In this document: one piece after another, positions 1 through 9,738 of the stretch
Numbering within the stretch: the first letter of the stretch is position 1
Layout: every line of letters begins with the position of its first letter
Assembly: GCA_047639415.1 (NCBI GenBank)
Contig: JBLINP010000001.1
Span: 1-50,440, forward strand
DNA from: Planctomycetota bacterium
GTDB taxonomy: Bacteria > Planctomycetota > UBA1135 > GCA-002686595
Direction of reading: 5' to 3'
DNA length: 50,440 nucleotides
Program-made: the position numbers and the translations under genes
Notes under the pieces: generated by a model
The model's database searches: none
The model's input: only the letters and a program-made list of their open reading frames with translations
Told to the model about the DNA's origin: nothing

Positions 1-281
1 GCATCGCGTCCGAGCGGACCGCCATAAACTCCGAAGGGAACCGAAATGAGATTCTTGCCGCCAAGGAATCCGGGCGTGTACATCAACGGAAGAACGCCGA
101 TTAGCTCTTCTCCATCGAAGGCCAATAGATCTCGTTGTTCGTTCCCGAAAACCGAATGTACAGCCCGCTCCCAAGCCGCCAGGTGAAACAGGCTGCCGTG
201 CGGATGAGCGCGAACGAATGCGTCTCGAGCTTGATCGTGCTCCGCTGTACCCGGGCGCACTTCGAAATCAGATCGACTCAT
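1..281 (-). CDS. FemAB-family / BioF2-like acyltransferase, N-terminal part only (runs off the window start)
   Basis: This ORF is absent from the track because it is open at the window edge. Hand translation of the minus strand from the ATG at 281..279 gives MSRSDFEVRPGTAEHDQARDAFVRAHPHGSLFHLAAWERAVHSVFGNEQRDLLAFDGEELIGVLPLMYTPGFLGGKNLISVPFGVYGGPLGRDA with no stop before position 1. The HP..S.FH..W and S.PF..YGGP patterns resemble FemAB-related, EPS-associated acyltransferases. The ATG overlaps the TGA of the upstream GT2 gene (ATGA). Confidence 0.5.
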   Translation of the reverse strand, partial: MSRSDFEVRPGTAEHDQARDAFVRAHPHGSLFHLAAWERAVHSVFGNEQRDLLAFDGEELIGVLPLMYTPGFLGGKNLISVPFGVYGGPLGRD

Positions 282-1282
282 TCGTAGGTCTGTTCAATGC
301 GGTACTCCCGCAAGTTGCGAGCTTGAGAGAAGATGATGATCTCACCCACCAGACCGAATCCGATGATCTGGACTCCCAAAACGATCAGCATCATTCCGCC
401 CAGTAGCAAAGGTCGATTGCGAATGCTCTCGTGATAAATGAACTTCTCGACACTCAAGAAGCCGGTGATCAAAAAGCCCGCGAAGGCAAACATTCCACCA
501 ACGGGTCCAAAAAACCGCAGCGGCATCAACGTGAATTTGGTCAAGAACATGACTGCGAAAACGTCGAGCGCTCTTCGCAGGTAAACTCCGATGCCAAACC
601 AACCAGCCTTGCCCCACTCCTTGATGTGTCGGACCTTGACCTCGACTACGCTGTAACCATGACGATGGGCGATGACCGGCAAGAAACGATACATGTCACC
701 GTAAACCGCGACGTCCTCTAGGACGATGCGACGTATGGCGCGGAAGTAACAGTTTAGATCGTGGAACTCCATCCGAATGATATGTCGGATGATCCAATTG
801 AAAGCGCCTGATTGAATTCGATTCAACAGTGGGTCGACGCGTGGATGTCTCCACGGAGTGACGAAGTCGGCTCCGTCGTCGAGAGCCGTCAACATACTGC
901 CCAATTCAATGGGGTCGACTTGCACGTAGTGCGGCGAGGTCACGATGTAATCGCCGCGCGCACGTTCAAATGCCGCTGATAGACAGATGGACTCGCCAAA
1001 TGCGTTCTTGAAAACGATCGTTTTGATTTTCTTCCCGTGCTCTTGGCGTAGCCGGTCCGCGCGTTTAAGCAGAGGCCCACCGACTCCATCGAGTACGAAG
1101 ATGACCTCCCAGGTGCGCCCTTGACGATCAAGCTCGCCGCCCAAAGCATCGACGACATCTCCGATTTCAGCATCTTCGTCCTGGACGGAGACAATCACGG
1201 ACACATCCACGGCGTCCGCTACCGCCGTGGGCGGTTCGTGGTCAAGCTCTTCGAGAGTTGCTGTTTCCAATGGCTCATTCAT
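278..1282 (-). CDS. Family 2 glycosyltransferase with C-terminal transmembrane helices (polyprenyl-phosphate sugar transferase-like)
   Basis: 334-aa ORF. The N-terminus has a GT-A pattern (VSVIVSVQDEDAEIGDVVDAL ... WEVIFVLDGVGGP). Two hydrophobic C-terminal segments are present (FFGPVGGMFAFAGFLITGFL and LLLGGMMLIVLGVQIIGFGLVGEIII). Confidence 0.75.
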   Translation of the reverse strand: MNEPLETATLEELDHEPPTAVADAVDVSVIVSVQDEDAEIGDVVDALGGELDRQGRTWEVIFVLDGVGGPLLKRADRLRQEHGKKIKTIVFKNAFGESICLSAAFERARGDYIVTSPHYVQVDPIELGSMLTALDDGADFVTPWRHPRVDPLLNRIQSGAFNWIIRHIIRMEFHDLNCYFRAIRRIVLEDVAVYGDMYRFLPVIAHRHGYSVVEVKVRHIKEWGKAGWFGIGVYLRRALDVFAVMFLTKFTLMPLRFFGPVGGMFAFAGFLITGFLSVEKFIYHESIRNRPLLLGGMMLIVLGVQIIGFGLVGEIIIFSQARNLREYRIEQTYE

Positions 1283-1337
1283 CGGGATGTTTCCAACGGG
1301 AATCGATCGAGTCGATACTTCACAGGTTTACCGTGCA

Positions 1338-2411
1338 TTAGTGAAGCTCGTTAAGGATTCGATCTAGAACACCTCGGCGGTGCATGCCGCTGGCCTTGAC
1401 GGTCAGTTCGGCGAGAAGGCCTAGAAGTCCGTAATAAACGACCAGTGTAAACATGAGCATCACGCCGGACACGATCACAAGCTCCCAATCGTCGATGATC
1501 AAGAACTCGCCGACAGGTCCGGTTTCCGTGCCGATTTTTACCAGCCCAAAGAACGCGAATAATACCGTCATGGCCAGCGCTCCCAAGGAGAGCATTCCAA
1601 AGTACTGCAGTGGGCGTTGGGAGAATTGAGAGATGAGCTTCACTGTGAACAAATCCATCAGAACCCGGGTCGCCCGCCCGATGCCGTACTTGCTGCTTCC
1701 AAAGCGACGCGCGCGGTGATTCACAACGACTTCGCAAACGCGGGCGCCCGATCCAGCCGACATGAAGGGCAGGAATCGGTGCTGCTCCGCGTAGATGGTC
1801 ATGGTTTTGGCCAATTCGCGACGGAACACCTTGAGGGTGCAGCCGGTGTCATGAATCGTGACGCCGCCCACGTAGCCGATCAGTCGATTGGCCATGATTG
1901 AAGGCAGACGTCGAAGCACGAAGCCATCCTGGCGGTCTTTGCGCCAGCCGGCGACCAGGTCGAAGTCGCCCTCGTGCAATACCTTCACCATCATCGGGAT
2001 ATCCGCCGGATCGTTTTGAAGGTCACCATCCAAGGTGACGACGACAGCGCCCTTCGAGGCATCAAACCCAGCCGCCATCGCAGCGGTTTGCCCGTAGTTC
2101 CGGCGAAACTTCAGAATGCGAATTCGTGAGCATTCCTGTCGTAACGCCAATAGCTTCTCGAGACTTCCATCTGAAGAACAATCGTCGACGTAGATCACTT
2201 CCCACTCGACGTTGATTGAATCTAGCGACTGCGCGATTTCCGCTTGCAGGATCCCGACACTTTCAACTTCGTTGAAGATTGGAATGACTAGCGAAATGTC
2301 GATGGGGACGGCCATACGGAGAGGAACGGAGCTGGAGATTGGGTGGGGCTCGTGTGGGGACGGTTCGGGTTGATGAGGAAGAATAGACTCTGTGGCTGCG
2401 ATTCGGGACAC
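1338..2411 (-). CDS. Family 2 glycosyltransferase, GtrB/ArnC-like polyprenyl-phosphate glycosyltransferase
   Basis: 357-aa ORF with ISLVIPIFNEVESV, YVDDCSSDGS and TLDGDLQNDP (a DxD-type motif), plus two C-terminal TM helices. An internal start at MAVPIDISL is possible. Confidence 0.85.
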   Translation of the reverse strand: MSRIAATESILPHQPEPSPHEPHPISSSVPLRMAVPIDISLVIPIFNEVESVGILQAEIAQSLDSINVEWEVIYVDDCSSDGSLEKLLALRQECSRIRILKFRRNYGQTAAMAAGFDASKGAVVVTLDGDLQNDPADIPMMVKVLHEGDFDLVAGWRKDRQDGFVLRRLPSIMANRLIGYVGGVTIHDTGCTLKVFRRELAKTMTIYAEQHRFLPFMSAGSGARVCEVVVNHRARRFGSSKYGIGRATRVLMDLFTVKLISQFSQRPLQYFGMLSLGALAMTVLFAFFGLVKIGTETGPVGEFLIIDDWELVIVSGVMLMFTLVVYYGLLGLLAELTVKASGMHRRGVLDRILNELH

Positions 2412-2611
2412 GCTGTCCGCTTAACCGAGCCCAACCGAGGCAGAAATCATTTCTCATCGGTCACTGGTGAAGCGGGATGAGATCCGATGCAGACGCCTCC
2501 AAAGAACTGAGATCGGTACGAGCGCTCGAATCCTAAAGCCTCGAAAGGCTTCTCTGTACGCATTTTCCGCCTTTGCAGGCCCATAAGCTAGGTTCAGTCA
2601 GACCACGCTGA

Positions 2612-4021
2612 GTGTCGAGAAATGTGAACATGGTGCCTTCGCCGAGATCCCCAGAAGTCCTGCTCGCTGATCCTGACGAGCGGAAGGACTCCGCCCTTTC
2701 GTTAGCCATGATTGAGGACGGGTTGCGGCTGGAAATTGTGTCCAACTCCGAGCAGTTCGAATCCCGATTGGCTGCCAAAGCGTGGGACATCGTTCTTCTC
2801 GATCCCAATAGTGCACCCGAACTCTTGGCCCAAGCCCTCGAGCACTCCAATTCTCCCTCGGTCATATTGTTGGATGCCTTCGGGACGATCGATGATGCAG
2901 TGACAGCGATGCGCCGGGGTGCTTTTGACTACATACCGAAACCCGTCGCTCCCGAACAAGTTTTGGTTTCGATAAGACGCGCTCTCGAACAGCGTTATTT
3001 GCGCGAAGAAAACCGCGAGTTGCGTGCAGACTTGGAGCTTCGTTTTGAACTCTCCAGTTTGATTAGTCGAGATCAACGCATGCAACGCGTTTTCAGCACG
3101 ATTGAGTCGATTGCCGACACTCGCGCGAACGTACTTCTCGAGGGTGAAAGCGGAACCGGCAAGACCATGCTGGCACGGGCTATCCATCAAAACTCGGAAC
3201 GATCTGCGCAACCTTTCGTAGTAGTCCACTGCGGGGCCATACCAGCTACGCTGCTCGAAACGGAACTCTTCGGGCACGCGAAGGGATCTTTCACCGGTGC
3301 TGATCGCGATCGCCAAGGCAAATTCGATGCTGCCAATGGTGGTACCTTATTCCTTGATGAAATCGCGACGGCCTCTCTCGACCTCCAAGTTAAATTGCTG
3401 CGCGTGATTGAGAGTAGACAGTTCGAGCGAGTTGGCGATACCGCGACACGCGAAGTCGATGTTCGAATCGTCTGTGCGGGCAATCAACGTTTAGTCGATG
3501 AAGTTGCAGCCGGGCGTTTCCGAGAGGATCTCTACTACCGTCTGAAAGTCGTCAGCATTGAGATTCCCCCGCTCAGAGAACGCCCCCTAGATATCGAGCT
3601 ACTCGCTCAAACCTTTCTGAGTCGATTCAGCGACGAGCATGACCGCGAGGGCATGTACTTTTCCGAAAAGGCTCGCGCTCATATTCTGGATCATCGCTGG
3701 CCAGGCAATGTTCGCGAGCTAGAGAACGCGATCCAACGCGCTGTTTTGCTCGGAAAAGGGCAAGCCATCGAAGTGTATGATTTGGGTTTCGAAACCGACG
3801 AGCGGGACGAGAATTCCGGCGCGGATGAACACTCGGCGATTGGCATTGGATCGTTAAAGCAAGCCCTCGAGGCTCCCGAGAAACGCATCATTCTTCGAAC
3901 GCTGGAATTTCACGGTGGCAGCCGCACGGAAACGGCTCGAGTCCTGAATATCAACCGGACTACGCTCTTCAACAAAATGCGCAAGTATGAGTTGCTTGAT
4001 TTTCCGAGCAGGTCCGCCTAA
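2612..4021 (+). CDS. Sigma-54-dependent transcriptional activator (NtrC family; receiver + AAA+ + Fis-type HTH)
   Basis: 469 aa. Walker A is GESGTGKTMLARAIH. The sigma-54 contact loop reads GSFTGA, a variant of GAFTGA. RWPGNVRELENAIQRAV is present, and the C-terminal HTH is TETARVLNINRTTLFNKMRKY. The N-terminal receiver has DIVLLD and FDYIPKP, but the usual Thr/Ser position appears to be Asp (VILLDAFG). Confidence 0.9.
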   Translation: MSRNVNMVPSPRSPEVLLADPDERKDSALSLAMIEDGLRLEIVSNSEQFESRLAAKAWDIVLLDPNSAPELLAQALEHSNSPSVILLDAFGTIDDAVTAMRRGAFDYIPKPVAPEQVLVSIRRALEQRYLREENRELRADLELRFELSSLISRDQRMQRVFSTIESIADTRANVLLEGESGTGKTMLARAIHQNSERSAQPFVVVHCGAIPATLLETELFGHAKGSFTGADRDRQGKFDAANGGTLFLDEIATASLDLQVKLLRVIESRQFERVGDTATREVDVRIVCAGNQRLVDEVAAGRFREDLYYRLKVVSIEIPPLRERPLDIELLAQTFLSRFSDEHDREGMYFSEKARAHILDHRWPGNVRELENAIQRAVLLGKGQAIEVYDLGFETDERDENSGADEHSAIGIGSLKQALEAPEKRIILRTLEFHGGSRTETARVLNINRTTLFNKMRKYELLDFPSRSA

Positions 4022-4220
4022 TGCCTAAGGAATACAGAAGCAGCACAAGCGCTAAAAGCCGGGTCAAGCGGGACAATTCTCAACTTCAAAAACATCCACT
4101 TGCGCAATCTGGCGATCGACTTGGATCGTGGGCTTCAAGGTCTCACAATGTCTCGTCTAACTCCGTAGCAAGCTCGACACGTTTTTCCGATCGCAAGCTG
4201 CCCTTTCCGACCGTCGCCGT

Positions 4221-7200
4221 ATGAAGCGCAAACTGATCTTGATCTTTCCTCTGCTCGCCATGGGTAGCCTGTACGTGGGCTACCAGACGTTCATAGCTGG
4301 TTCGAGTCAATCCTCGCAGGAGGTGATGCTCGCCTTTGAGGAGGAATTGACTTTCGACGACGCCAGCATGGAGGGGATTCTGATTAAAATCGATTTTGCC
4401 CTGCGACTTGCCCGGGAAGAAGGAGATCGAGATCAGCAAGCTCTAATTTTGCGCCGTCGGGCCAAGCTCTATCGCGATCTTAAGCGCAACGAGAACGCTC
4501 GAGAAGATTTGAAGTTGCTACTGCGCGACTACGAGCCCGAAGATCGCGAGTCGATTCAAACGCTCTCCAGACTCGAGTTCCTTGCCGGCAATCGCGAGCA
4601 TGGGCTGGATCTAATTGAAACGTTGTTGGAGAAAGACCCCACCGACTCGGGTGGTCTGTTCAATCGAGCAGACTTCCGCTTGGCGATGGCGAAAGACCTG
4701 CTTAAGGAATGCGCAGATATTTGCGCGGAGGTCATGGACGATAACTCCGCTCGGCTAGCGGATTCAATGACGACGATGGCCTCTGCGCGAACGCATACGG
4801 ACCTCAATCGCGCGCGGTTGATGATGGAGATTACCAAGCTTTTCAATGCTGGTTCGGAGATTGAAAAGCGCGAATACAACGAGAAAGCAAAGCTTGCACG
4901 CGAGCACCTCTTTAGTGCCTTTGCGGACTATGCCGCGGTTCTCAAGAACACCAACAGCACGGATGCAATCGCGAGCGTTCTCAAGATCCTCCAGATGAGT
5001 GGCGGTTGGGATGATGCCGCAGATTTCGCCACGGCCAGCATTTACCACTTCGCGCGTACGAATCGAATGAACGGTGTCGAGCAAGTCTTCGCCGCCCTAC
5101 ACCAAGCCGGATTGAATGTTGACGCGAACCGACTGAGCAGATTGTTCATCAAAGAGGGTCGTACACTCTCGCCCGCATTTATCCGGGAGATGCTTCGAAT
5201 CACTTACGCATCCGAAATGTGGAGTTCGCTACCGGAGTTGAACAAAACACTACTCGGCTTTTATCCACCTGGCGCAACATCGGGCTCTTCAAAGGCCGAG
5301 CGAGATTCCGCTCGTTCGCTTGCCAATTTTTATCAGGGGATAGCGAGTCATCACCTTGGCAACCATAGTGATGCCGTACAGAAGTTAGGCCGTTACAGGT
5401 CAGGCAGTCCACGCGCCAAACCCTTTCCCGATGCGTTATTGGTGGCCGAAGATGCGCGGGCTCGTAGTGCGAGCCAAGTCGGCGGCTCATCGTTTAAAAA
5501 AGTTCAACTGCAGGCCCTTCAATTCGTGTTGAAGAATACGGACAAGGCCTCCGGCCTCCATTGGCGTGCCCTGATGAAGTTGCAGAGCGACCTGGGAGTC
5601 AACGCTACCGTCGCAGAAGTCACTATCGCGCACGTCATGGCCGCGTTTCCCACGGGCTCCTCAGAGCACGAGTCACTATGGCGACAGTATGGACGGAGGG
5701 GCATGAAGGACGCCTTTCTGAGTTTGGACGCCGTTCGAAATCAGCTGAATCAAGCCAATCGATTGGTCGGCGAGCAGACGATGAGTGCGTATGCGTACTT
5801 TCAGTTAGCGGAACAGTACGTGACCGAACGAGAGTGGTACGGAGTGCTGGTGGCTTGCGACAAGGTGTTTGAATCCGTCCCCTACTTGCCACCTGCGGTT
5901 CGTCTCTACTTGAAAGCGACAACTAAATTAGGGCTCGAGGAACGAGCCATAGACTTACTGATCGGGCAGCTCGAATTTGCTGGGCCGAACGCAGTCGATT
6001 TAGATCGCTTGTATAACTACCGTGAGCTCTTTTCACTCGAGCAAAAGTTGCGACTGATCGACGCTGATCCGCTGGGGTATGGACGGGGAGAACTCATCGA
6101 CTCGCTGTTAGAGCGCGGCGAGTACCGCCAAGTCCTGTCGGCCCTGCCCGATGCAAGCACTCCATCCGTCTCGCATGTAACTCGGATCCAAGCCAGTGAA
6201 GCGCTGCTCGGACTGGAACGCTATGACGAGGCCTTACTGCTGCTTCAGCAGATCCCCACGGACAGCGAGCACTACTCGCGCGTGTTCGCTCTGCTGCTAG
6301 AGACGGCCATAGCGACTGAGGACACGCGCTTCCTCGATTCCGCAATTACAAATATTGTGCGGCCCACGCAGGTCGTAGAAACGGACTTCATGGCGACCTT
6401 GGATACATTGCTGATCAACGGCCGTATCGAGCTCGCGAGTAAGGTTGCCAATTTCCTGGATAGTTCTGTCGCAACGCGGAGCGGGCAGAACATGTTGCGA
6501 ATTGGACTCATCCAAATCCTCAACGAGCAATACGAGGAAGCTTTTGTGACCTTCGAACGCGCTTACGCCTACAGCCGGAACGGCGCAGCAACCCTAGGCA
6601 ATATGCTGCTAGCGGTTCGAACTGGAGAATGGAGCACGCTCTCTCGGCATCTCGCCGAATACGAAGATGAACGCAAGCACCTAAACGACGAGTCTGTGAT
6701 GATATTGGCTCTGCTCCATGGCAGAACCGAACCTGTACTTGAGCAGCTGAATCAGCTTTCAAGATCCGAGCAACTCGACGGAATCCATCTATTGCTACGG
6801 TCTGTTGCCGATACGCTCGACTCTGGAACGACAGCCTTGTTAGAGGAGTTTCCAAGCTATGTGGTCGACGAGACTCGCGAATTCATTTCGGGCACATCTG
6901 AGTCTCCGCATGACCCGCGTGAAATCTTAGTTCTCTTGCTTGCTCTTCAGGATAAGGACTGGCGGGTTTGGTTGGTTCAGGAAATGCCGCGTTGGTCGAA
7001 CAAAGGCTCGGGCATGTGGGCCTCCTATTTGACTGCGGAGGCATTGCTTCGATCGAGTGCATTCAAACAAGCCGATGTCGAAATCACTCATCTCGCAACT
7101 CGGTGGGAACAATTCTTGCCTGTATGGCAACTCGCCAACCGCCTGCAAACGAGTTTGCCGATCGGAAATGACCAGCTTCTGACTTTCGCAAAACGTGGTT

Positions 7201-8684
7201 GGGAAGTTCCGGATCATCCCGGTTCGCAAAGTATGCGATCCAAGCTGGATACAATCGAGGAGCTGCGCAACGCTGGCGATATCGACCAAGCTTTTCGGAA
7301 GGTTCGCAGTGCGCTTGACTCCGCTCCAAACAACGCAGCACTCCTGTATCAGCTAGGAATGATTCATGGTGAGCGCGGGAATTACGAAGCTGCGTTGATC
7401 AATTTGGGACGGTTTGTTCGTCGACTTCCGAAGGCTCCTCGCGACGCTATCCTTCCCGAAATCGTAGAGTTCTTTGATGAAGCCGTTGCTGCGGGTCACT
7501 TAGCTCCCGAGCTTTGGCGCAGCTCCTTGACCTCCTTCTCGACCGAATTCCCCTACAACGGCCTAATCGCGATTCGCTACATACTTAGCGAACTCAAGTA
7601 TGAAGTTCAACGCAATCCAACTGGATCAATTTTCGACGCTCTCAAACGCATCAATCAATTCAAAACTCGAACGAGCGATGCGCCGATCAATTCTCTTGGT
7701 GCAGGTTCCCTAGAAGCTTGGCATCAGTTCTATTTGGAATTGAGTCCCTCGCTGGATGAAGAGTTTTTGAGAGAGCAATTGAAGCTCGATCCAAGCGCTC
7801 CCGAGCATTGGTCCATGCTCACTCAGTGTCTATACGCCCAAGGCCGATTTGCAGAAGCCGATACGTTGAACGATCGGTTGCTATCGATGGTTCCCGATCG
7901 CCTTGGCCTTCAACTCAGCATTGAAAAGGCTATACGACACGGAGAATCGTTGAGCTATGTTGAATCGTTGTGTGGCAAGCTCGCGGACGTTCGACACGTG
8001 GACGCCGCGACTGACCCTCAAGTTCGTTTTCTCTTAGCCAAGGCCAAAGCGAATGGCACCGTAGATGAGGCTGAGCAAGGCGTCACCGAGTTGGGCAACC
8101 TATGGAGGGGCATCATTCAAAACGATGGCGGCTTGCCGGCTGAAGGCGGACAGGCTTTCACCGTTGCCGTGGGCAGAGCCTTCGGAGTTTCAGCGATGCG
8201 ATTAGGTACGCGGGTTCGTCACTCAGCCGCGCAAAAAGCCTTCACGCATTTGCTCGAGATGCCCCTGTCGCTTGCGGAGAAAAGACTTTTCGCAACGCTC
8301 TCACGCATTGGTCCCCATCGCACGGAAGTTGCGTTGCCTCCTTTAGCCTTCACTCCTACGAATCCGAACAAGCAGAGAGAAAAGAATCAAAAGCCCGCCG
8401 CTGGTTCGAAGCCGAAGCCTTCACTAGACAAATTTACACCTGAACAGATTGCGGCTTACCGAAAGAAGCGTGCAGCTCAATCCAAAAAAGGTGAACCGTC
8501 CGAGAGCCAAGTGAATCGACCGAGTCGAGCAGACTCTGCTAAATCGAAGCCGAAGCCCGCAGGTGATCGCAGCAAGGGCAAGAATGGTAAATCCCTAACC
8601 GAGAAGTATACTCCCGAGCAAATTGAGGCTTACAAAAAGAAGCGCGCCCAAGCTGATGCCGACAATCCGAAAACCGATAACTAG
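4221..8684 (+). CDS. Very large (1487 aa) N-terminally anchored or secreted TPR/helical-repeat protein with a basic C-terminal tail
   Basis: Single long ORF with a hydrophobic N-terminus (KLILIFPLLAMGSLYVGY). Many TPR-like stretches are visible (for example AALLYQLGMIHGERGNYEAALINLGRF). The C-terminus carries two copies of a (F/Y)TPEQI.AY.KKRAQ motif, each preceded by SKPKP. No catalytic motif was recognised. Confidence 0.7.
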   Translation: MKRKLILIFPLLAMGSLYVGYQTFIAGSSQSSQEVMLAFEEELTFDDASMEGILIKIDFALRLAREEGDRDQQALILRRRAKLYRDLKRNENAREDLKLLLRDYEPEDRESIQTLSRLEFLAGNREHGLDLIETLLEKDPTDSGGLFNRADFRLAMAKDLLKECADICAEVMDDNSARLADSMTTMASARTHTDLNRARLMMEITKLFNAGSEIEKREYNEKAKLAREHLFSAFADYAAVLKNTNSTDAIASVLKILQMSGGWDDAADFATASIYHFARTNRMNGVEQVFAALHQAGLNVDANRLSRLFIKEGRTLSPAFIREMLRITYASEMWSSLPELNKTLLGFYPPGATSGSSKAERDSARSLANFYQGIASHHLGNHSDAVQKLGRYRSGSPRAKPFPDALLVAEDARARSASQVGGSSFKKVQLQALQFVLKNTDKASGLHWRALMKLQSDLGVNATVAEVTIAHVMAAFPTGSSEHESLWRQYGRRGMKDAFLSLDAVRNQLNQANRLVGEQTMSAYAYFQLAEQYVTEREWYGVLVACDKVFESVPYLPPAVRLYLKATTKLGLEERAIDLLIGQLEFAGPNAVDLDRLYNYRELFSLEQKLRLIDADPLGYGRGELIDSLLERGEYRQVLSALPDASTPSVSHVTRIQASEALLGLERYDEALLLLQQIPTDSEHYSRVFALLLETAIATEDTRFLDSAITNIVRPTQVVETDFMATLDTLLINGRIELASKVANFLDSSVATRSGQNMLRIGLIQILNEQYEEAFVTFERAYAYSRNGAATLGNMLLAVRTGEWSTLSRHLAEYEDERKHLNDESVMILALLHGRTEPVLEQLNQLSRSEQLDGIHLLLRSVADTLDSGTTALLEEFPSYVVDETREFISGTSESPHDPREILVLLLALQDKDWRVWLVQEMPRWSNKGSGMWASYLTAEALLRSSAFKQADVEITHLATRWEQFLPVWQLANRLQTSLPIGNDQLLTFAKRGWEVPDHPGSQSMRSKLDTIEELRNAGDIDQAFRKVRSALDSAPNNAALLYQLGMIHGERGNYEAALINLGRFVRRLPKAPRDAILPEIVEFFDEAVAAGHLAPELWRSSLTSFSTEFPYNGLIAIRYILSELKYEVQRNPTGSIFDALKRINQFKTRTSDAPINSLGAGSLEAWHQFYLELSPSLDEEFLREQLKLDPSAPEHWSMLTQCLYAQGRFAEADTLNDRLLSMVPDRLGLQLSIEKAIRHGESLSYVESLCGKLADVRHVDAATDPQVRFLLAKAKANGTVDEAEQGVTELGNLWRGIIQNDGGLPAEGGQAFTVAVGRAFGVSAMRLGTRVRHSAAQKAFTHLLEMPLSLAEKRLFATLSRIGPHRTEVALPPLAFTPTNPNKQREKNQKPAAGSKPKPSLDKFTPEQIAAYRKKRAAQSKKGEPSESQVNRPSRADSAKSKPKPAGDRSKGKNGKSLTEKYTPEQIEAYKKKRAQADADNPKTDN

Positions 8685-8721
8685 CTCGGTAGCTTCGATT
8701 GCCATTATTGTGAAACAGGAA

Positions 8722-9738
8722 ATGCCCAATATCGACGTCGCTCTGCTCGGAGCCACAGGAAGTGTCGGTCAGCGCTTTGCACTTGAGTTGCATCAGCACC
8801 CGTGGTTTGAGCTTGTCAGTATGGCGGCATCACCAAGCAAGGCCGGACAGCGCTACGGTGATTGCGTCAATTGGATGCAGTCCGAACCGCTACCTGCTGA
8901 ATTGGCCGATCGAGTCCTTGAGAGTTGTCGCCCGGAGTTACCGGGGCAGATTGCGTTTTCTTGCTTGGATGCAAAGATTGCCGGAGATTTGGAGTCTAGC
9001 TTTGAGAAGCAGAACTGGCTGGTCGTTTCCAATACGAGTAGTCACCGTATGAACCCTTTAGTCCCGCTCGTGGTTCCCGAAATCAATAGCGACGCCTTGG
9101 GTCTAATCTCAGATCGAATTCGCGATGGTGGTGCCATCGTCACGAACCCCAATTGCACCACCATCGGACTAAGCCTCGCGCTTGCCCCGCTCGTCAAAAC
9201 CTTCGGAGTTTCGCGCGCTCACGTGGTCAGCCTGCAGTCTTTATCCGGCGCCGGGCTCAATGGGCCGACCGCCTACCAATCGCTAGGGAACGTGATCCCC
9301 TTTATTGATGGTGAAGAGCAAAAGCTAACCCACGAAACGCGCAAGGTTCTCGGAGACATCTCCGTATCCGCAGCCTGCAATCGGGTTCCCGTGATCGACG
9401 GCCACACTTTGTGCGTTTCGGTAGAACTCGCCCGCGAGGCGACGGCCGACGATCTGATTAGCGCTTGGCGAGAATTCAAAGGCGACCCGCAGGAATTGAG
9501 GCTGCCCTCGGCCCCGACTCAACCGACAATCTATTTGGACGGCGATGATGTTCCACAACCGCGCCTGCACGCGGGCATTGAGCAAGGCATGTCGACAATC
9601 ATTGGACGCCTGCGCCCCTGTCCGCACTTTGGATGGAAGTTTGTCGCAGTGAGTCACAACACAATGCGCGGAGCCGCGCGCGGGTCGATCTTATTGGCCG
9701 AGTTATGTGTGGCACGTGGACTTTTGCCAAACCGCTAA
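8722..9738 (+). CDS. asd: Aspartate-semialdehyde dehydrogenase (archaeal/fungal-type branch)
   Basis: MPNIDVALLGATGSVGQRF is a Rossmann-fold N-terminus. The active-site Cys lies in TNPNCTTIG and the His in PVIDGHT. SLQSLSGAG is also present. I chose the start at M34 of the track ORF (ATG 8722); the longer ORF from 8623 overlaps the TPR gene. Confidence 0.9.
   Translation: MPNIDVALLGATGSVGQRFALELHQHPWFELVSMAASPSKAGQRYGDCVNWMQSEPLPAELADRVLESCRPELPGQIAFSCLDAKIAGDLESSFEKQNWLVVSNTSSHRMNPLVPLVVPEINSDALGLISDRIRDGGAIVTNPNCTTIGLSLALAPLVKTFGVSRAHVVSLQSLSGAGLNGPTAYQSLGNVIPFIDGEEQKLTHETRKVLGDISVSAACNRVPVIDGHTLCVSVELAREATADDLISAWREFKGDPQELRLPSAPTQPTIYLDGDDVPQPRLHAGIEQGMSTIIGRLRPCPHFGWKFVAVSHNTMRGAARGSILLAELCVARGLLPNR

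Noticed and set aside
4110-4125. Sigma-54-like -24/-12 element TGGCGATCGACTTGGA, about 100 bp upstream of the TPR gene.
   Set aside because: The GG and the TTG are at the right spacing, but the conserved -12 GC reads GG and the -24 region deviates (TGGCGA). This is too weak to call without a PWM score.
8623-8721. N-terminal extension of the asd ORF overlapping the end of the TPR gene.
   Set aside because: The conserved Asd N-terminus (MPNIDVALLGATG) begins at ATG 8722, and the extension has no homology-like features.
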